Shown: positions 48,134 to 58,620, counted from the whole stretch's first letter. The stretch is 63,874 nucleotides of DNA, filler included, from an uncultured Methanoregulaceae archaeon (GCA_964530035.1; 3 parts of 3 records of this genome joined end to end with filler, not necessarily neighbours in it); one strand, 5' to 3'. A program made the numbers and translations. Notes: a model not told the origin generated them from the sequence alone.

Positions 48134-49081
48134 TTATTTCAACCCGAATGACTGGAGGGTCACCGCCGGGTTGACGGCGCCGACATGGTACACCACGCCC
48201 TCGGTGAGTTCGTTGATGACGACCTCGGCGGGTGAGAAGAGCGAGGTGTCGATCTTGTAGAAGTCGAACTCCGCTTCCTTGAAGATGTCGTAGAACGGCT
48301 TTCCATAGCCCTTTGACTTGTTGGAGGGGATCCTTTCAAGGTAGTCCTTGATCTCCGGGGCCTTCATGGTGAGCATGATCCTGCCGTGGTAGATGGTCGC
48401 GTCGTTGGTCGTCCCCATCGCCTTCGTCGCGTCCTTCTTGACCGGCGGGATGGGAGCGGTCCCTATTGCGGAAACGATCTTTTTCGTGTCAAAGCCGAGC
48501 TCGTTCAGCTTGTAGATAGCGGTCTCGACGCACCGGCCCGATACCTGGACGGAGCCGACGACGGACGCGGTCGGGGCGACCACGGCACACACGTTCGAGG
48601 GCTCGACATGGCACTCGGAGGCGATCTTCTCCATCACGTCACCGTTCGGGAGGTGGTCCGACTCGAGCGCGATGACCGCGAACTCGAAGTCGTCCTCGTA
48701 GTCGATGACCTCGTAGGTGTGCTTCGGCTTGAGGGCGAGGGCCCGTGCCGGCCCGCTGCCCATCGCGAAGTAGTTGCCGACCTTCACGGTCCATCCGGCC
48801 TTCTGGGAACCAAGACAGGAAACGGCGGGAAAATCGGTCATGATGTCGATGAACGGCATCGGTATGCCCGAGATGTCCCCCATCCGGAACGTGATCTCCC
48901 CGAGACCGCCCATGCAGATATCGGTAAACATCCTGCCCGCGGCATATCCGCCCCGCACCGAGACCCCGCAGTCTACGATCCGTGCGCCGTTGTCCAGTTC
49001 ATGGTATGCGGTATTGAACTCTTCAGAATATTCAACGAGGCTGTCAAAAGTCTCTAATGCAAGTTCGTTCACGCTCAGCAT
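48134..49081 (-). CDS. mch: Methenyltetrahydromethanopterin cyclohydrolase
   Basis: MLSVNE, CLGSQKAGW, MGSGPARAL, TNDATIYHG, YGKPF and FYKIDTSLFSPA. Confidence 0.96.
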   Translation of the reverse strand: MLSVNELALETFDSLVEYSEEFNTAYHELDNGARIVDCGVSVRGGYAAGRMFTDICMGGLGEITFRMGDISGIPMPFIDIMTDFPAVSCLGSQKAGWTVKVGNYFAMGSGPARALALKPKHTYEVIDYEDDFEFAVIALESDHLPNGDVMEKIASECHVEPSNVCAVVAPTASVVGSVQVSGRCVETAIYKLNELGFDTKKIVSAIGTAPIPPVKKDATKAMGTTNDATIYHGRIMLTMKAPEIKDYLERIPSNKSKGYGKPFYDIFKEAEFDFYKIDTSLFSPAEVVINELTEGVVYHVGAVNPAVTLQSFGLK

Positions 49082-49140
49082 GGGAGTGCCCCCTTCACTA
49101 AAAGAAGGGCTCCTGAATAGATAAGACTGTTGAGCTTCAT

Positions 49141-50265
49141 TCAGCCGAGGTGCTGCAGCACCCGGTCGGGGTCGTACCTGAGACGGATCAGGCGGGTCCT
49201 GCCCTTTGCCTCGCGGTACTCAAGGTTCACAAGCCGCATCGCGTCGAGTTTCTTCACGATCTCGTAGAACCGGGTGTACCCGAGCGTCACCTTCTCTTTG
49301 ACCTCCTTGTACACCTCGCCGGCGTTCATCTCCTTCCCGGTCTTGGAACGTTCGGCAATCGTCCTGAACACGGTCTTCTCCTCTCCCGAGAGGGTCCGTG
49401 CCGTGAGGCTCAGGTGGAGGAGCTTCGATATCTCGTAGGCACGGCAGATGTCCTCCCGTTCGATGATACGGCGGGCCTTGCGCTCGGCGTTGTACGCCGC
49501 ACGCTTCAGGAGGTCGATGCCGACCCTGAGGTCGCCGCTCTTCCCGGTCTGGGCGACGACCAGGTCGAAGAGGTCATCAGGGAGACACCCCGGGTACAGC
49601 CCCTGGAGCACCCGTTCATGGAGGATGTTCCTGATCTCGTCGTCGTTGTACGGCGGGAAGTAGATCTCGGCCGGGACGAAGACCGAGGCGACGCGGGCGT
49701 CGATCTCCCTGGAAATGTCGATGTCGAGGTCCGAGAGGATGAGGATGACGCTGATCCTCGTGCCAGGGTAGGACTCGTGGGACCGGAGCAGGGTGTAGAG
49801 GACGGAGTTGAGCTGGTTTTCGTACAGGAGGTAGTTGGCGTCGTCAAGGGCGACGACGAGGACCTGCTCGTTGTCGACGAGGAGCCGGGCCACCGCCTCG
49901 TAGACCTGCTTGAAGGAGGTGCCCGAGGCGGGGGGGAGGTGCCCGGACATCTTCCGGTAGATCTGGGAGAATATCGCGAACTTCGTGTTGTCGATCTGGC
50001 AGTTGATGTACACCGGGACGATCTTCTTCGTGGCTTCCTCGACGTCGGTGAATATCTTGCGGACGCTGGTCGTCTTGCCGGTCCCGGGAAGGCCCTTGCA
50101 GAGGGTGTTCATCGGCCGTGCGCCCTTGATCCCGGGCCTGAGCTGGAAGGCAAGCTCCCTCATCTGGTCTTCGCGGTAGTTGAACTGCTCAGGGACATGG
50201 TCTATCTCGAAGACGTCCGGGTCCCGGAACAGGGTCTCGTCCCACATCAGCATATCCTTCGACAT
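49141..50265 (-). CDS. cdc6: ORC1/Cdc6 family AAA+ replication initiator
   Basis: GLPGTGKTT, YINCQ, VALDDANYL, FPPY, GDLRVGIDLL; C-terminal winged helix with GRTR. Confidence 0.92.
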   Translation of the reverse strand: MSKDMLMWDETLFRDPDVFEIDHVPEQFNYREDQMRELAFQLRPGIKGARPMNTLCKGLPGTGKTTSVRKIFTDVEEATKKIVPVYINCQIDNTKFAIFSQIYRKMSGHLPPASGTSFKQVYEAVARLLVDNEQVLVVALDDANYLLYENQLNSVLYTLLRSHESYPGTRISVILILSDLDIDISREIDARVASVFVPAEIYFPPYNDDEIRNILHERVLQGLYPGCLPDDLFDLVVAQTGKSGDLRVGIDLLKRAAYNAERKARRIIEREDICRAYEISKLLHLSLTARTLSGEEKTVFRTIAERSKTGKEMNAGEVYKEVKEKVTLGYTRFYEIVKKLDAMRLVNLEYREAKGRTRLIRLRYDPDRVLQHLG

Positions 50266-50278
50266 CGTCCAGCACTCC

Positions 50279-50914
50279 TTACTGCATCTTTTTCAGGCAC
50301 GAACGGCACAGCACGCGGCTCGCAAAGAGCCGCGACAGCTTTTCCTCGGCAGGTGACACCGGCACGTTGCAGCCCTGGCACACCGGCGAGCCGGTGAGCA
50401 GGGGGGAGGTACCAGGTCCGGAGAGATCCTCCGGGGCCGGGGGCACCGGGGCCTCCTCCTGTCCTCCGCCAGGGTGCCACGGTCCCTCCCCGGTCTCATG
50501 TCCGAATACCTCGGGAACGCCCGTTTCCTCCCCGTGTTCCATCTCACCAGGAGACCCGGTGTCCGGAGGGAGGCCGTACATGAGGGCATCCCCGCCGAAT
50601 CCCTCGTCCACGGGCCAGTCCTGGCCGTGCTCACCCGGGAGAGGGGGAAGCGGGACGAAGGGGGGTGGGGCGTCCCCGCTTTCCACTCCCGGGGTTTCCA
50701 GGGCCCCCGTCCCGCGGGCAAGCACCCGTTCCCGGTAGCGGTCGACCAGTTCCGCAGTAGGCGGGTCCGCCCTGCCAAACGTGGCGAGGACTCCGTCAAG
50801 GACCCGGGCAAGGTCCGTGGCACTCTCCCCGGGCTCCCCCTCGACCTCGACCCTGAGGTTTTCGTAATGCCCGAGGTTCACCGTCACCCCGATGGTCAGA
50901 CGCCGGTCTCCCAT
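50279..50914 (-). CDS. Hypothetical protein with C-terminal CxxC-x18-CxxC zinc finger
   Basis: TIGVTVNLGHYENLRVEV N-terminal domain, Pro/Glu linker, CQGC...CRSC. Confidence 0.7.
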   Translation of the reverse strand: MGDRRLTIGVTVNLGHYENLRVEVEGEPGESATDLARVLDGVLATFGRADPPTAELVDRYRERVLARGTGALETPGVESGDAPPPFVPLPPLPGEHGQDWPVDEGFGGDALMYGLPPDTGSPGEMEHGEETGVPEVFGHETGEGPWHPGGGQEEAPVPPAPEDLSGPGTSPLLTGSPVCQGCNVPVSPAEEKLSRLFASRVLCRSCLKKMQ

Positions 50915-51049
50915 GTGGTCTCTCCTTCCCCGTGCAGCCGGGGCGGCGGGCATGAAACCGTTTTCATGCCGTTTCACCGAAACGCCCCTGCCCGTGAGCT
51001 GTACATGCACCCCGGCCCACTTCAAGGATTCCCTCCGGCGGCCGGACCG

Positions 51050-52201
51050 TCAGCCGAACAGGAAGGGCAGGAGGGATGTCGCCTGCATCAGGCCGAGCGA
51101 ACCCCTTTCCGCCTCCTTCTCTGAGAAGCAGCGGGTCGCGTCCCTCCCCTTCCCGTACACGAGGAACGGGACCGGTGTTGCCGTATGGGTCCTAACTCGC
51201 ACCGGGGTCGGGTGGTCGGGGAGGACCGCGATGATTCCATCAAACGACTCCATGATCCCGCCGATCATCGTGTCAAGCCGTTCTATGGCCAGGATTTTTT
51301 CGTCAAGGTCGCCCATGTGCCCGGCCTCGTCAGGGGCCTCGACATGGAGGTACATGAAGTCCAGCCGTTTCAGCGCCTCGGTGCAGTATCGGCCCTTCGC
51401 CCCGTAGTCGGTGTCGAGGAACCCGGTCGCACCCGGTACCCGGACCGTTTCCATGCCGGCGACCCGGGCTATCCCGTTGACCAGGTCCACGGCCGAGATC
51501 ACTCCCCCGGTCTTTCCCCAGCGTTCAGAAAACGCCTGGAGCCTCGGCTTTTTCCCGCCGCTCCACGGCCAGACCTGGGTGACGGGGGCCTTCCCCGCTG
51601 CAACCCGGGCCTGGTTGACGCGGTGGCCTGAAAAGACGCGCCTGCTCGTCTCCATGCACCCGAGGAGGAGGTCTGCGTCAGGCCCCGAGGGCAGGTGCTG
51701 ACCAATTTCCTGCCCGGCGATGTCATGGGGAGGGACGGACCGGCACCCCCCGCCGTCCCTGACGACGAGGAGGTTGCGGTAACTGACGCCCGACTGGAAG
51801 AGGACGCCGGGGACCGCCTGCTGGAGGTCGGCAAGGAGCTCCCCGCCCTCGGCCGAGCTGACATGGCCGGCCGTGAAATCAGTCATCCTCCCATCGATGA
51901 CCGTCACGAGGTTGCACCGGTACGCCACGTCCGAAGGCCCGAGCTCAACGCCCATGTTCGCGGCCTCGAGCGGGCCCCGGCCGGTATAACAGGCCGCCGG
52001 GTCGTACCCGAGCACCCCGAGGTTCGCAATGTCGCTTCCCGGCTCGAAGCCCGGGGGGACGGTGGCGAGGAGCCCGCAGGAGCCCTCCGAGGCGAGCCGG
52101 TCCATGACAGGCGTTCGTGCGTGCTCGAGCGGGGTCTTTCCGCCGAGCTCCGGGAGCGGTTCGTCGGCCATGCCGTCGCCGATGACCACGAGGTACTTCA
52201 T
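51050..52201 (-). CDS. apgM: Cofactor-independent phosphoglycerate mutase (archaeal ApgM type)
   Basis: IGDGMAD, PGSDIAN, YTGRGPLEA, HVEAPDEAGH and PDHPTP. Confidence 0.93.
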   Translation of the reverse strand: MKYLVVIGDGMADEPLPELGGKTPLEHARTPVMDRLASEGSCGLLATVPPGFEPGSDIANLGVLGYDPAACYTGRGPLEAANMGVELGPSDVAYRCNLVTVIDGRMTDFTAGHVSSAEGGELLADLQQAVPGVLFQSGVSYRNLLVVRDGGGCRSVPPHDIAGQEIGQHLPSGPDADLLLGCMETSRRVFSGHRVNQARVAAGKAPVTQVWPWSGGKKPRLQAFSERWGKTGGVISAVDLVNGIARVAGMETVRVPGATGFLDTDYGAKGRYCTEALKRLDFMYLHVEAPDEAGHMGDLDEKILAIERLDTMIGGIMESFDGIIAVLPDHPTPVRVRTHTATPVPFLVYGKGRDATRCFSEKEAERGSLGLMQATSLLPFLFG

Positions 52202-53148
52202 GGGGCACCCGGTGATACCATCGCCCGGGCCGCCATGACCATACATTCCCGGGACCCTGACTCAGGTCTCCAGCCGAGTGCCTTTAAGCGCTCCACCGAG
52301 AGGAGCATCCGCGGGACGTCGCCGACCCAGCCCCGGTCACCGCCGGTGAAGCGGTACTTCACGCTGGAAAGCCCCATCTCGCTGCAGACGATGTCGGCTA
52401 TCGTGACAACGTCTATCCAGTCCTCGGAGCCGATGTTAAAGACATTGAAGGTGTCACGGGAGTGTTCCGGGGCATAGAGCATCGCGTCCACGCACTCCCC
52501 GACCCCGAGGTAGGACTTGGTCTGCTTCCCGTCCCCGAGGATCTCGAGTGAGGACGGGTCGGCCCGGAGCTTGTGGACGAAGTCCCAGATGACACCGTGG
52601 TTCGACCGCGGTCCCACGATGTTCGCGAACCGGTAGACCCAGCCCTTCATCCCGAAGGAATGGCAGTACGACGATATCAGGGCCTCGCAGGCCAGCTTGC
52701 TCGCCCCGTACACCGAGACCGGTTCCATCGGGGTGTAGGACTCGGGAGTCGGGATGACCGACGCCTCTCCATAGACCGTCGAGGTCGAGGTGAACACGAT
52801 CTCAGGTACCTGGAACTCACGCATCGCCTCGAGGACGCTCGCGGTCGTGAGGACCGTGCTCCTGACCTGTGCGGCCGGCGAGACGGCGCTCGCCCTGACA
52901 TCGGGGTCGGCGGCGATGTGGTAGATGCGGTCGACGCCCCTGCACGACGGTTTCCACCCGTCCTCCAGCAGGTCGGCGTGCACGAAGGTGATGGCCCCGC
53001 CGGAAAGGTGGCGGGAGAGGTTCGCCCTGTCACCGGTGGAGAGGTTGTCGACGACCACGACCCTGTCCCCGCGTGCCACGAGCCTGTCAACAAGGTGGGA
53101 GCCGATAAAACCCGCTCCTCCCGTTACCAGAGAGATCATCTTATCCAT
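52198..53148 (-). CDS. NAD-dependent epimerase/dehydratase (UDP-glucose 4-epimerase-like)
   Basis: VTGGAGFIGSH, STSTVYG, YGASK and GWVGDV. Confidence 0.92.
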   Translation of the reverse strand: MDKMISLVTGGAGFIGSHLVDRLVARGDRVVVVDNLSTGDRANLSRHLSGGAITFVHADLLEDGWKPSCRGVDRIYHIAADPDVRASAVSPAAQVRSTVLTTASVLEAMREFQVPEIVFTSTSTVYGEASVIPTPESYTPMEPVSVYGASKLACEALISSYCHSFGMKGWVYRFANIVGPRSNHGVIWDFVHKLRADPSSLEILGDGKQTKSYLGVGECVDAMLYAPEHSRDTFNVFNIGSEDWIDVVTIADIVCSEMGLSSVKYRFTGGDRGWVGDVPRMLLSVERLKALGWRPESGSRECMVMAARAMVSPGAP

Positions 53149-53178
53149 GGTTGTCCTCCAAGGTATAGGTAGACTCCG

Positions 53179-54051
53179 ATGTTCCTCGGAATTGACCACG
53201 GAACGAGCGCAATCAGGTTCTCATGCGGCGGGAGCGAGTGGAAGCTCCCGCGGGAGGCAGCGCGCGACTTCACCTACACGGACATCGACCACTTCTGCCC
53301 CCTGACCAGGATAGAGGGCATAGCCCTCACGTACTCGATGGGCGACAACTTCTCGCAGATCATGCCCGTATCCTCCCTGAAGAACCGGGGCGTCATCAGC
53401 CAGAAGGGCGCCGGGGAGCACATCGGCGGGGGAACGAAGGTCTTTGACGAGATCGCAAGGAGCGGACTGCCGGCCGTCGCCATCCCCGGGATACACCGGG
53501 GGACCCCGACGGACATCCGCTTCAAGGCGTATTCCCACCAGGCCAGCCCGGAAAAGGTCGGGATTGCCTGGCACGTCTCCCAGGACCTCGGGGACGACGT
53601 GGTCGTCGCCGACTGCTCCTCGAACACGGTCACCCTGCTCGTCAGGGACGGGCGCATCTTCGGGGCGTTCGATGCCTGCATCTTTGCCCCGGGGACCCGG
53701 CACGGCCCGATCGACCTCGACGGGATCAGGAGGATCGATTCCGGCCTTTCGTCCGCGAACGACGCTTTTCTCCACGCCGGCGTCCACTGCACGATGCCGC
53801 CCGCCGAGCACGAACGGACCGTCGCGATGTTCGCCGCGATGGAGTGCGCATCGATGCTCCTCCTTGCCCCGGACGCAGCAGTGGCCGTCGCCGGCTCCCT
53901 CGGACCGGTCATCGCCCCGGAAATGGAGGGCCTCCTCGGGCGGGAGGTCCATGTCTACGATGAGTGGTGTGCGGCCCGGGGACTTGCCGGAATCGCCAAA
54001 GCAGTCTTTTCAGGTGCCCGATCCATCCTCGGGATCGGTGTCCAGCTCTAA
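53179..54051 (+). CDS. Methanogenesis marker protein 12 (UPF0285)
   Basis: MFLGIDHGTSAIRF, YSMGD, GAGEHIGGGT, YSHQASPEK and DCSSNTV. Confidence 0.85.
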   Translation: MFLGIDHGTSAIRFSCGGSEWKLPREAARDFTYTDIDHFCPLTRIEGIALTYSMGDNFSQIMPVSSLKNRGVISQKGAGEHIGGGTKVFDEIARSGLPAVAIPGIHRGTPTDIRFKAYSHQASPEKVGIAWHVSQDLGDDVVVADCSSNTVTLLVRDGRIFGAFDACIFAPGTRHGPIDLDGIRRIDSGLSSANDAFLHAGVHCTMPPAEHERTVAMFAAMECASMLLLAPDAAVAVAGSLGPVIAPEMEGLLGREVHVYDEWCAARGLAGIAKAVFSGARSILGIGVQL

Positions 54052-54062
54052 ATTTATATGAT
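54050..54062 (+). promoter_or_regulatory. TATA-box-like element upstream of the por operon
   Basis: AATTTATATGA about 30-40 nt before the TTG start, within GC-rich DNA. Confidence 0.5.
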
Positions 54063-54091
54063 TAATCGTGTAAGATTACAGGGGAGTTATT

Positions 54092-54634
54092 TTGAAAGAG
54101 CTACGCATCCATGGCAGGGGTGGCCAGGGATCGGTCACCGCCGCCGAACTTATCGCGGTTGCGGCCTTCGAAGGCGGGCGGCAGGCACAGGCCTTCCCGG
54201 CGTTCGGGGTCGAGCGACGCGGTGCCCCGGTCCAGGCCTTCGTCAGGTTTGACGACAGGAAGATACGCCTCCGTTCGCAGGTCTATGAGCCCGATTACAT
54301 CATCGTACAGGACCCGACCCTGATCAGGGACGTCAACGTCTTCGCAGGGGTGAAGCCCGGAGGGATCGTCATCGTCAACACCGAGAAAAAACCGGAATAC
54401 GCCATTCCCGAAGGGGTGAAGCTCATCACCATCGATGCGACCAGCATAGCCCTCGAGACGATCGGCCTTCCTATCACGAACACGGCGCTCATGGGTGCGT
54501 TTGCGGCGGCTTCCGGGGAGATCGCGTTTAAGGCCCTCGAAAACGCCTTAAAACACCGGTTCTCCGGCGAGCTCGCAACGAAGAACATCGAGTCGGCCCG
54601 GCGTGCCTTCGACCAGGTGAAGGGGGCGGCCTGA
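54092..54634 (+). CDS. porC: Pyruvate:ferredoxin oxidoreductase gamma subunit
   Basis: ELRIHGRGGQGSVT and FGVERRGAPV. Confidence 0.93.
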   Translation: MKELRIHGRGGQGSVTAAELIAVAAFEGGRQAQAFPAFGVERRGAPVQAFVRFDDRKIRLRSQVYEPDYIIVQDPTLIRDVNVFAGVKPGGIVIVNTEKKPEYAIPEGVKLITIDATSIALETIGLPITNTALMGAFAAASGEIAFKALENALKHRFSGELATKNIESARRAFDQVKGAA

Positions 54635-54636
54635 CC

Positions 54637-54897
54637 ATGGCGCTCACTGTCGGGACGACGGCACGGCCGGGACGGGCGAAGGACAATAAAACCGGCTCCT
54701 GGCGGGTCTTCATGCCGGTCTTCGACCACGAGGAGTGTGTCCAGTGCGGCCTCTGCCAGAAGATCTGTCCTGAGGGCTGCGTCCACGAGTCAGAGGACGG
54801 GAAGTTCCTGCCCGACTACACGTACTGCAAGGGCTGCGGCCTGTGTGCCGAGGAGTGCCCGAAGAAGGCCATCACGATGAAACAGGAGGAGAAATAA
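54637..54897 (+). CDS. porD: Pyruvate:ferredoxin oxidoreductase delta subunit (2x 4Fe-4S)
   Basis: KTGSWR, CVQCGLC...CP and YCKGCGLCAEECP. Confidence 0.93.
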   Translation: MALTVGTTARPGRAKDNKTGSWRVFMPVFDHEECVQCGLCQKICPEGCVHESEDGKFLPDYTYCKGCGLCAEECPKKAITMKQEEK

Positions 54898-56051
54898 TGC
54901 TCGGGATCATGGAAGGGTCGCATGCCGTGGCCGAAGCGGTGAAACGGTGCCGCCCGCAGGTCATCGCCGCGTACCCCATCACCCCCCAGACCCATATCGT
55001 CGAGGCGCTGGCCGACATGACCGCGAACGGGACGATAGACTGCGATTATATTACCGTCGAATCCGAATTTACCGCCCTTTCGGCATGCCTCGGCGCATCC
55101 GCAACCGGCTCACGGACATACTCGGCGACGACCTCCCAGGGCCTCGCCCTCATGTACGAGGTCTGCTTCAATGTCGCCGGGATGCGGCTGCCGGTCGTGA
55201 TGACCATCGCGAACCGTGCCATGTCGGCCCCGCTCTCGATATGGAACGACCAGCAGGACTCGATCTCGCTCCGTGACGCAGGCTGGCTCCAGCTGTACGC
55301 CGAGGACAACCAGGAGGCCTCGGACCTCCACTACCTCGCCTACCGGGTCGCCGAGGACTCATCCGTGTGCCTCCCGGTCATGGTCTGCTTCGACGGCTTC
55401 ATCCTGTCGCATACGTACGAGCCGGTGGACATCCCCACCCAGGAGGAGGTCGACCGGTACCTCCCGGCGTTTGCTCCCCGGGAGCGGCTCGATGCAAAGG
55501 ACCCGGTCTCCTTCGGGATGTACGCGACCCCGGAGTACTACCTCGAGTTCCGGTATGCGATCGACAAGGCGCTCAAGGACTCCCTCGCGGTCTATGAGAA
55601 GGCAGGAAAGGAGTTCGCCACGATCTTCGGGCGCGACTACAGCTCCCCGGTCGAGGGGTATTGCCTCGAGGACGCCGAGACGGTGCTCGTGGCCATGGGC
55701 TCGATCTGCGGGACCGTCAAGGACAGCATCGACGAGATGCGGGCCAGCGGCAAAAAGGTCGGCCTTCTCAGGATACGGTGCTTCAGGCCGTTCCCGACCG
55801 CTGCCGTCATATCGGCCCTTTCCGGTGCGAAGCGGGTCGCGGTGCTCGACAAGAACATCTCGCTCGGTTCGAAGGGTGCGGTCGCCACCGAAATCAGGGA
55901 CGCCCTCTACGGGTCGAGCGTGCCGGTCCTTGACTACGTGATCGGCCTCGGCGGCCGTGACGTCAGGAAGAAGGACATACGGAAGGTTGTCGAGATGGCG
56001 GAGAAGGGTGAAGGGGACTGCTTCTATGGTCTCCGGACGGAGGTGCTCTGA
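54897..56051 (+). CDS. porA: Pyruvate:ferredoxin oxidoreductase alpha subunit
   Basis: [19 protein letters not shown] and GLGGRD; TAATG overlap with porD. Confidence 0.94.
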   Translation: MLGIMEGSHAVAEAVKRCRPQVIAAYPITPQTHIVEALADMTANGTIDCDYITVESEFTALSACLGASATGSRTYSATTSQGLALMYEVCFNVAGMRLPVVMTIANRAMSAPLSIWNDQQDSISLRDAGWLQLYAEDNQEASDLHYLAYRVAEDSSVCLPVMVCFDGFILSHTYEPVDIPTQEEVDRYLPAFAPRERLDAKDPVSFGMYATPEYYLEFRYAIDKALKDSLAVYEKAGKEFATIFGRDYSSPVEGYCLEDAETVLVAMGSICGTVKDSIDEMRASGKKVGLLRIRCFRPFPTAAVISALSGAKRVAVLDKNISLGSKGAVATEIRDALYGSSVPVLDYVIGLGGRDVRKKDIRKVVEMAEKGEGDCFYGLRTEVL

Positions 56052-56950
56052 TGGCCGGCGAGGTATGCGACCTCTTCTCCTGCGGACACCGGGCCTGCGG
56101 GGGCTGCGGGGCGGCGCTGGCATCGCGGCTCATCCTCCAGGCCACCGGCGAGAACGTGATCATCAGCTCGGCAACAGGCTGTCTCGAGGTGTTTTCAACG
56201 CCGTACCCTGAGACGTCCTGGAATGTGCCGTGGATCCACTCGCTCTTCGAGAACAACTCGGCAGTGGCATCCGGGATTGTCGCATCTCTCAAAAAACAGG
56301 GCAGGACCGAGAAGGTCGTCGCCATCGGCGGTGACGGGGCGACCCTCGACATCGGGATGGGCTGCATCAGCGGGGCGTTCGAACGCGGGACCGACTTCAC
56401 ATACATCTGCTACGACAACGAGGCCTACATGAACACGGGGATCCAGCGTTCCGGTTCGACCCCATACGACGCCTCCACGACGACGAGCCCGGCAGGAAAG
56501 TGCAGCTTCGGCAACCCAAGACCGAAGAAGGACATGCCCCGGATCCTCGCGGCCCACGGGGCCCCGTACGTCGCCACCACCTCGATCGCCTATCCCGCCG
56601 ACCTCGTCGAAAAGGTGAAGCGTGCCGTGGAGACTGAAGGCCCGAGCTATATCCAGGTCCATGCTCCCTGCTGCACCGGGTGGGGCTTCGAAGGTGCCCA
56701 GACGATGGCCGTCGGCAAGATGGCGATCGAGACCGGTCTGTGGGTCAACTACGAGATGGTCGACGGCGAGCTGAAAAAGGTCAAGAAAGTCGTGAGAAAG
56801 CCGGTCGACGAGTACCTTAAGATGCAGAAGCGGTTTCGGCACCTCTTCAAGCCGAAACGTGCCGATGAGGAGATCGCCAAGATCCAGGCTATGGCCGATA
56901 AAAACGCCGCGGTGTACGGCATCGACATCCAGCTGAAGAAAAAAGAGTAA
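56051..56950 (+). CDS. porB: Pyruvate:ferredoxin oxidoreductase beta subunit
   Basis: [13 protein letters not shown]...[17 protein letters not shown]-binding motif. Confidence 0.94.
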   Translation: MAGEVCDLFSCGHRACGGCGAALASRLILQATGENVIISSATGCLEVFSTPYPETSWNVPWIHSLFENNSAVASGIVASLKKQGRTEKVVAIGGDGATLDIGMGCISGAFERGTDFTYICYDNEAYMNTGIQRSGSTPYDASTTTSPAGKCSFGNPRPKKDMPRILAAHGAPYVATTSIAYPADLVEKVKRAVETEGPSYIQVHAPCCTGWGFEGAQTMAVGKMAIETGLWVNYEMVDGELKKVKKVVRKPVDEYLKMQKRFRHLFKPKRADEEIAKIQAMADKNAAVYGIDIQLKKKE

Positions 56951-57315
56951 ATCCTATTTTTCCCTGTATCCATGGTGATCGCTGTCAGGACATGGGACTC
57001 TTCCTCCAAGCGGTTGCCTCGTTTTCACCGGGTGTGTCTGCCGGAAACCATTCGCACTTCATGGGGTTTGTCCGGTATTGGGCACGATGAGCGCTTTTCG
57101 CCAGGTCTCAGAACCACCAGTACGGTATCCCCGGACGGAACAGGGATCTTTTCCCTTGTGGAGACCGTGACGGGTACTCTCCTTCGCCATCGGAAGAGGG
57201 AGGGCCTGCAGGACAGGGGACTCCCCCAATACTGCATCCCCCGTGCACTGTCGGTTACCTCTTTCTCCCAGGGGCGTGAGGACGGGTACCGGGAGCCCGC
57301 AGGGACGTACGCACG

Positions 57316-58545
57316 ATGAAAACTCTCATTGAACAGGCACAACAGGGGACGATATCCTGGCAGGTACAGGCAGTCGCACACGGGGAGGGGATCGACGAGA
57401 CCGTTCTGTCCCGGAGGGTGGCCGAAGGAAGCGTGGTTATCATGCAGCGTGGCAGCCGCGTTGTCGGTATCGGAAAAGGGCTGCATACCAAGGTCAATGT
57501 GAACCTCGGGACATCGACGGGCAGTGCCAATGTCGAGGATGAGGTTGCCAAGGCCCGCATAGCAGAGGCATTTGGAGCGGATACCATCAGCGATCTCTCA
57601 ATGGGCGGGGATATCAACGCAATCAGGGCAGCGGTACTGGCCGCCACCTCGCTGCCGGTGACCACCGTGCCGGTCTATCAGGCTGTCGTGGAAAACGGGT
57701 TCAGGGAAATGAGTGCAGGGAGCATCATGGCGACGATGCGTATGCAGGCGGAGCAGGGTGTCGGCTCGTTCGTGGTCCATGGTGTAAACCACGAAATCCT
57801 GCGCGAATTCGGAAGGAAAAAACGGATTCTCGGGATTGTTTCAAAGGGTGGATCCATAACGGGCGCGTTCATGCTGGTTAACCAGTGTGAAAACCCATTT
57901 ATAGACCATTTCGATGAAGTCCTTACCCTCTGCAGGAAGCATGACATCGTGCTGTCACTCGGAAATACCGCCCGGAGCGGGTGCATCTGTGATCGCCGGG
58001 ACAAGGCGCAGCATGAGGAACTCCGGCAGAACGTGGAGCTTGCACAGCGTGCCCATGAAAAAGGAGTCCAGGTTATCATCGAGGGTGTCGGAGGTCATGT
58101 CAGGCAGGACCGGATAGCTCCGTACATCCGGCATTACAAGCGGAAGTCACCGTTTCCTCTCTTCGTTGCCGGTCCGCTGCCGGTCGACACTGCGATTGGG
58201 TACGACCACATCGCCGGTTGCGCAGGCGCCAGTATTGCAAGTGCGGCGGGAGCTGACTATCTCTGTTACCTCACCCCTGCAGAACACCTGGGACTCCCTG
58301 ACCGGCAGGCCGTCAAGGAAGGCCTCATAGCATTCCGGATAGCGGCTCACATCGGTGACACGGTCAAGTTGAAAAACCTGGACGACGACAGGAAGGTCGC
58401 CCTGATGCGGGCGGCCCTTGACCGCGAGGGCCAGTTCCAGTGCGCCCCGGACCCCCCGCGTGCCCGGAAGCTTGCCGGCCCGGCCGGGGAATGCTCAATG
58501 TGCGGGGATTTCTGTGCAATAAAACTGCTCCGGACCTTTTTCTGA
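57316..58545 (+). CDS. ThiC/BzaA-B-F family radical SAM enzyme (divergent)
   Basis: TKVNVNLGTS, DLSMGGD, GYDHI, YLTPAEHLGLP, AAHIGD and C-terminal CSMCGDFCA (Cx2Cx3C). Confidence 0.85.
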   Translation: MKTLIEQAQQGTISWQVQAVAHGEGIDETVLSRRVAEGSVVIMQRGSRVVGIGKGLHTKVNVNLGTSTGSANVEDEVAKARIAEAFGADTISDLSMGGDINAIRAAVLAATSLPVTTVPVYQAVVENGFREMSAGSIMATMRMQAEQGVGSFVVHGVNHEILREFGRKKRILGIVSKGGSITGAFMLVNQCENPFIDHFDEVLTLCRKHDIVLSLGNTARSGCICDRRDKAQHEELRQNVELAQRAHEKGVQVIIEGVGGHVRQDRIAPYIRHYKRKSPFPLFVAGPLPVDTAIGYDHIAGCAGASIASAAGADYLCYLTPAEHLGLPDRQAVKEGLIAFRIAAHIGDTVKLKNLDDDRKVALMRAALDREGQFQCAPDPPRARKLAGPAGECSMCGDFCAIKLLRTFF

Positions 58546-58570
58546 CCGGGTTTCAAGTGCAACGGCGTCG

Positions 58571-58603
58571 GGAGGGGCGGACACCTGCTGTATCCGCCCC
58601 TCC
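58571..58603. terminator. GC-rich hairpin between convergent genes
   Basis: GGAGGGGCGGA-N11-TCCGCCCCTCC, a perfect 11-bp stem. Confidence 0.5.
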
Positions 58604-58620
58604 TACTAAAACAGGCTACC

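Noticed and set aside
49082..50280. Replication origin (ORB repeats) beside cdc6
   Set aside because: Flanking intergenic regions are very short and no repeated ORB-like motif or AT-rich unwinding element is visible
49150..50397. Long antisense ORFs (e.g. 49150-50397, 59245-60309, 5296-6270, 45337-46245, 63300-63839)
   Set aside because: Shadow frames opposite well-supported genes in GC-rich DNA, with no recognisable motifs
56951..57315. TPP or cobalamin riboswitch upstream of the ThiC-like gene (AAGAGGGAG...CCCCCGTGCACTGT is loosely B12-box-like; CTGAGA occurs only on the opposite strand)
   Set aside because: Conserved cores are incomplete or on the wrong strand; an Infernal search with the Rfam TPP and cobalamin models would be needed to support it
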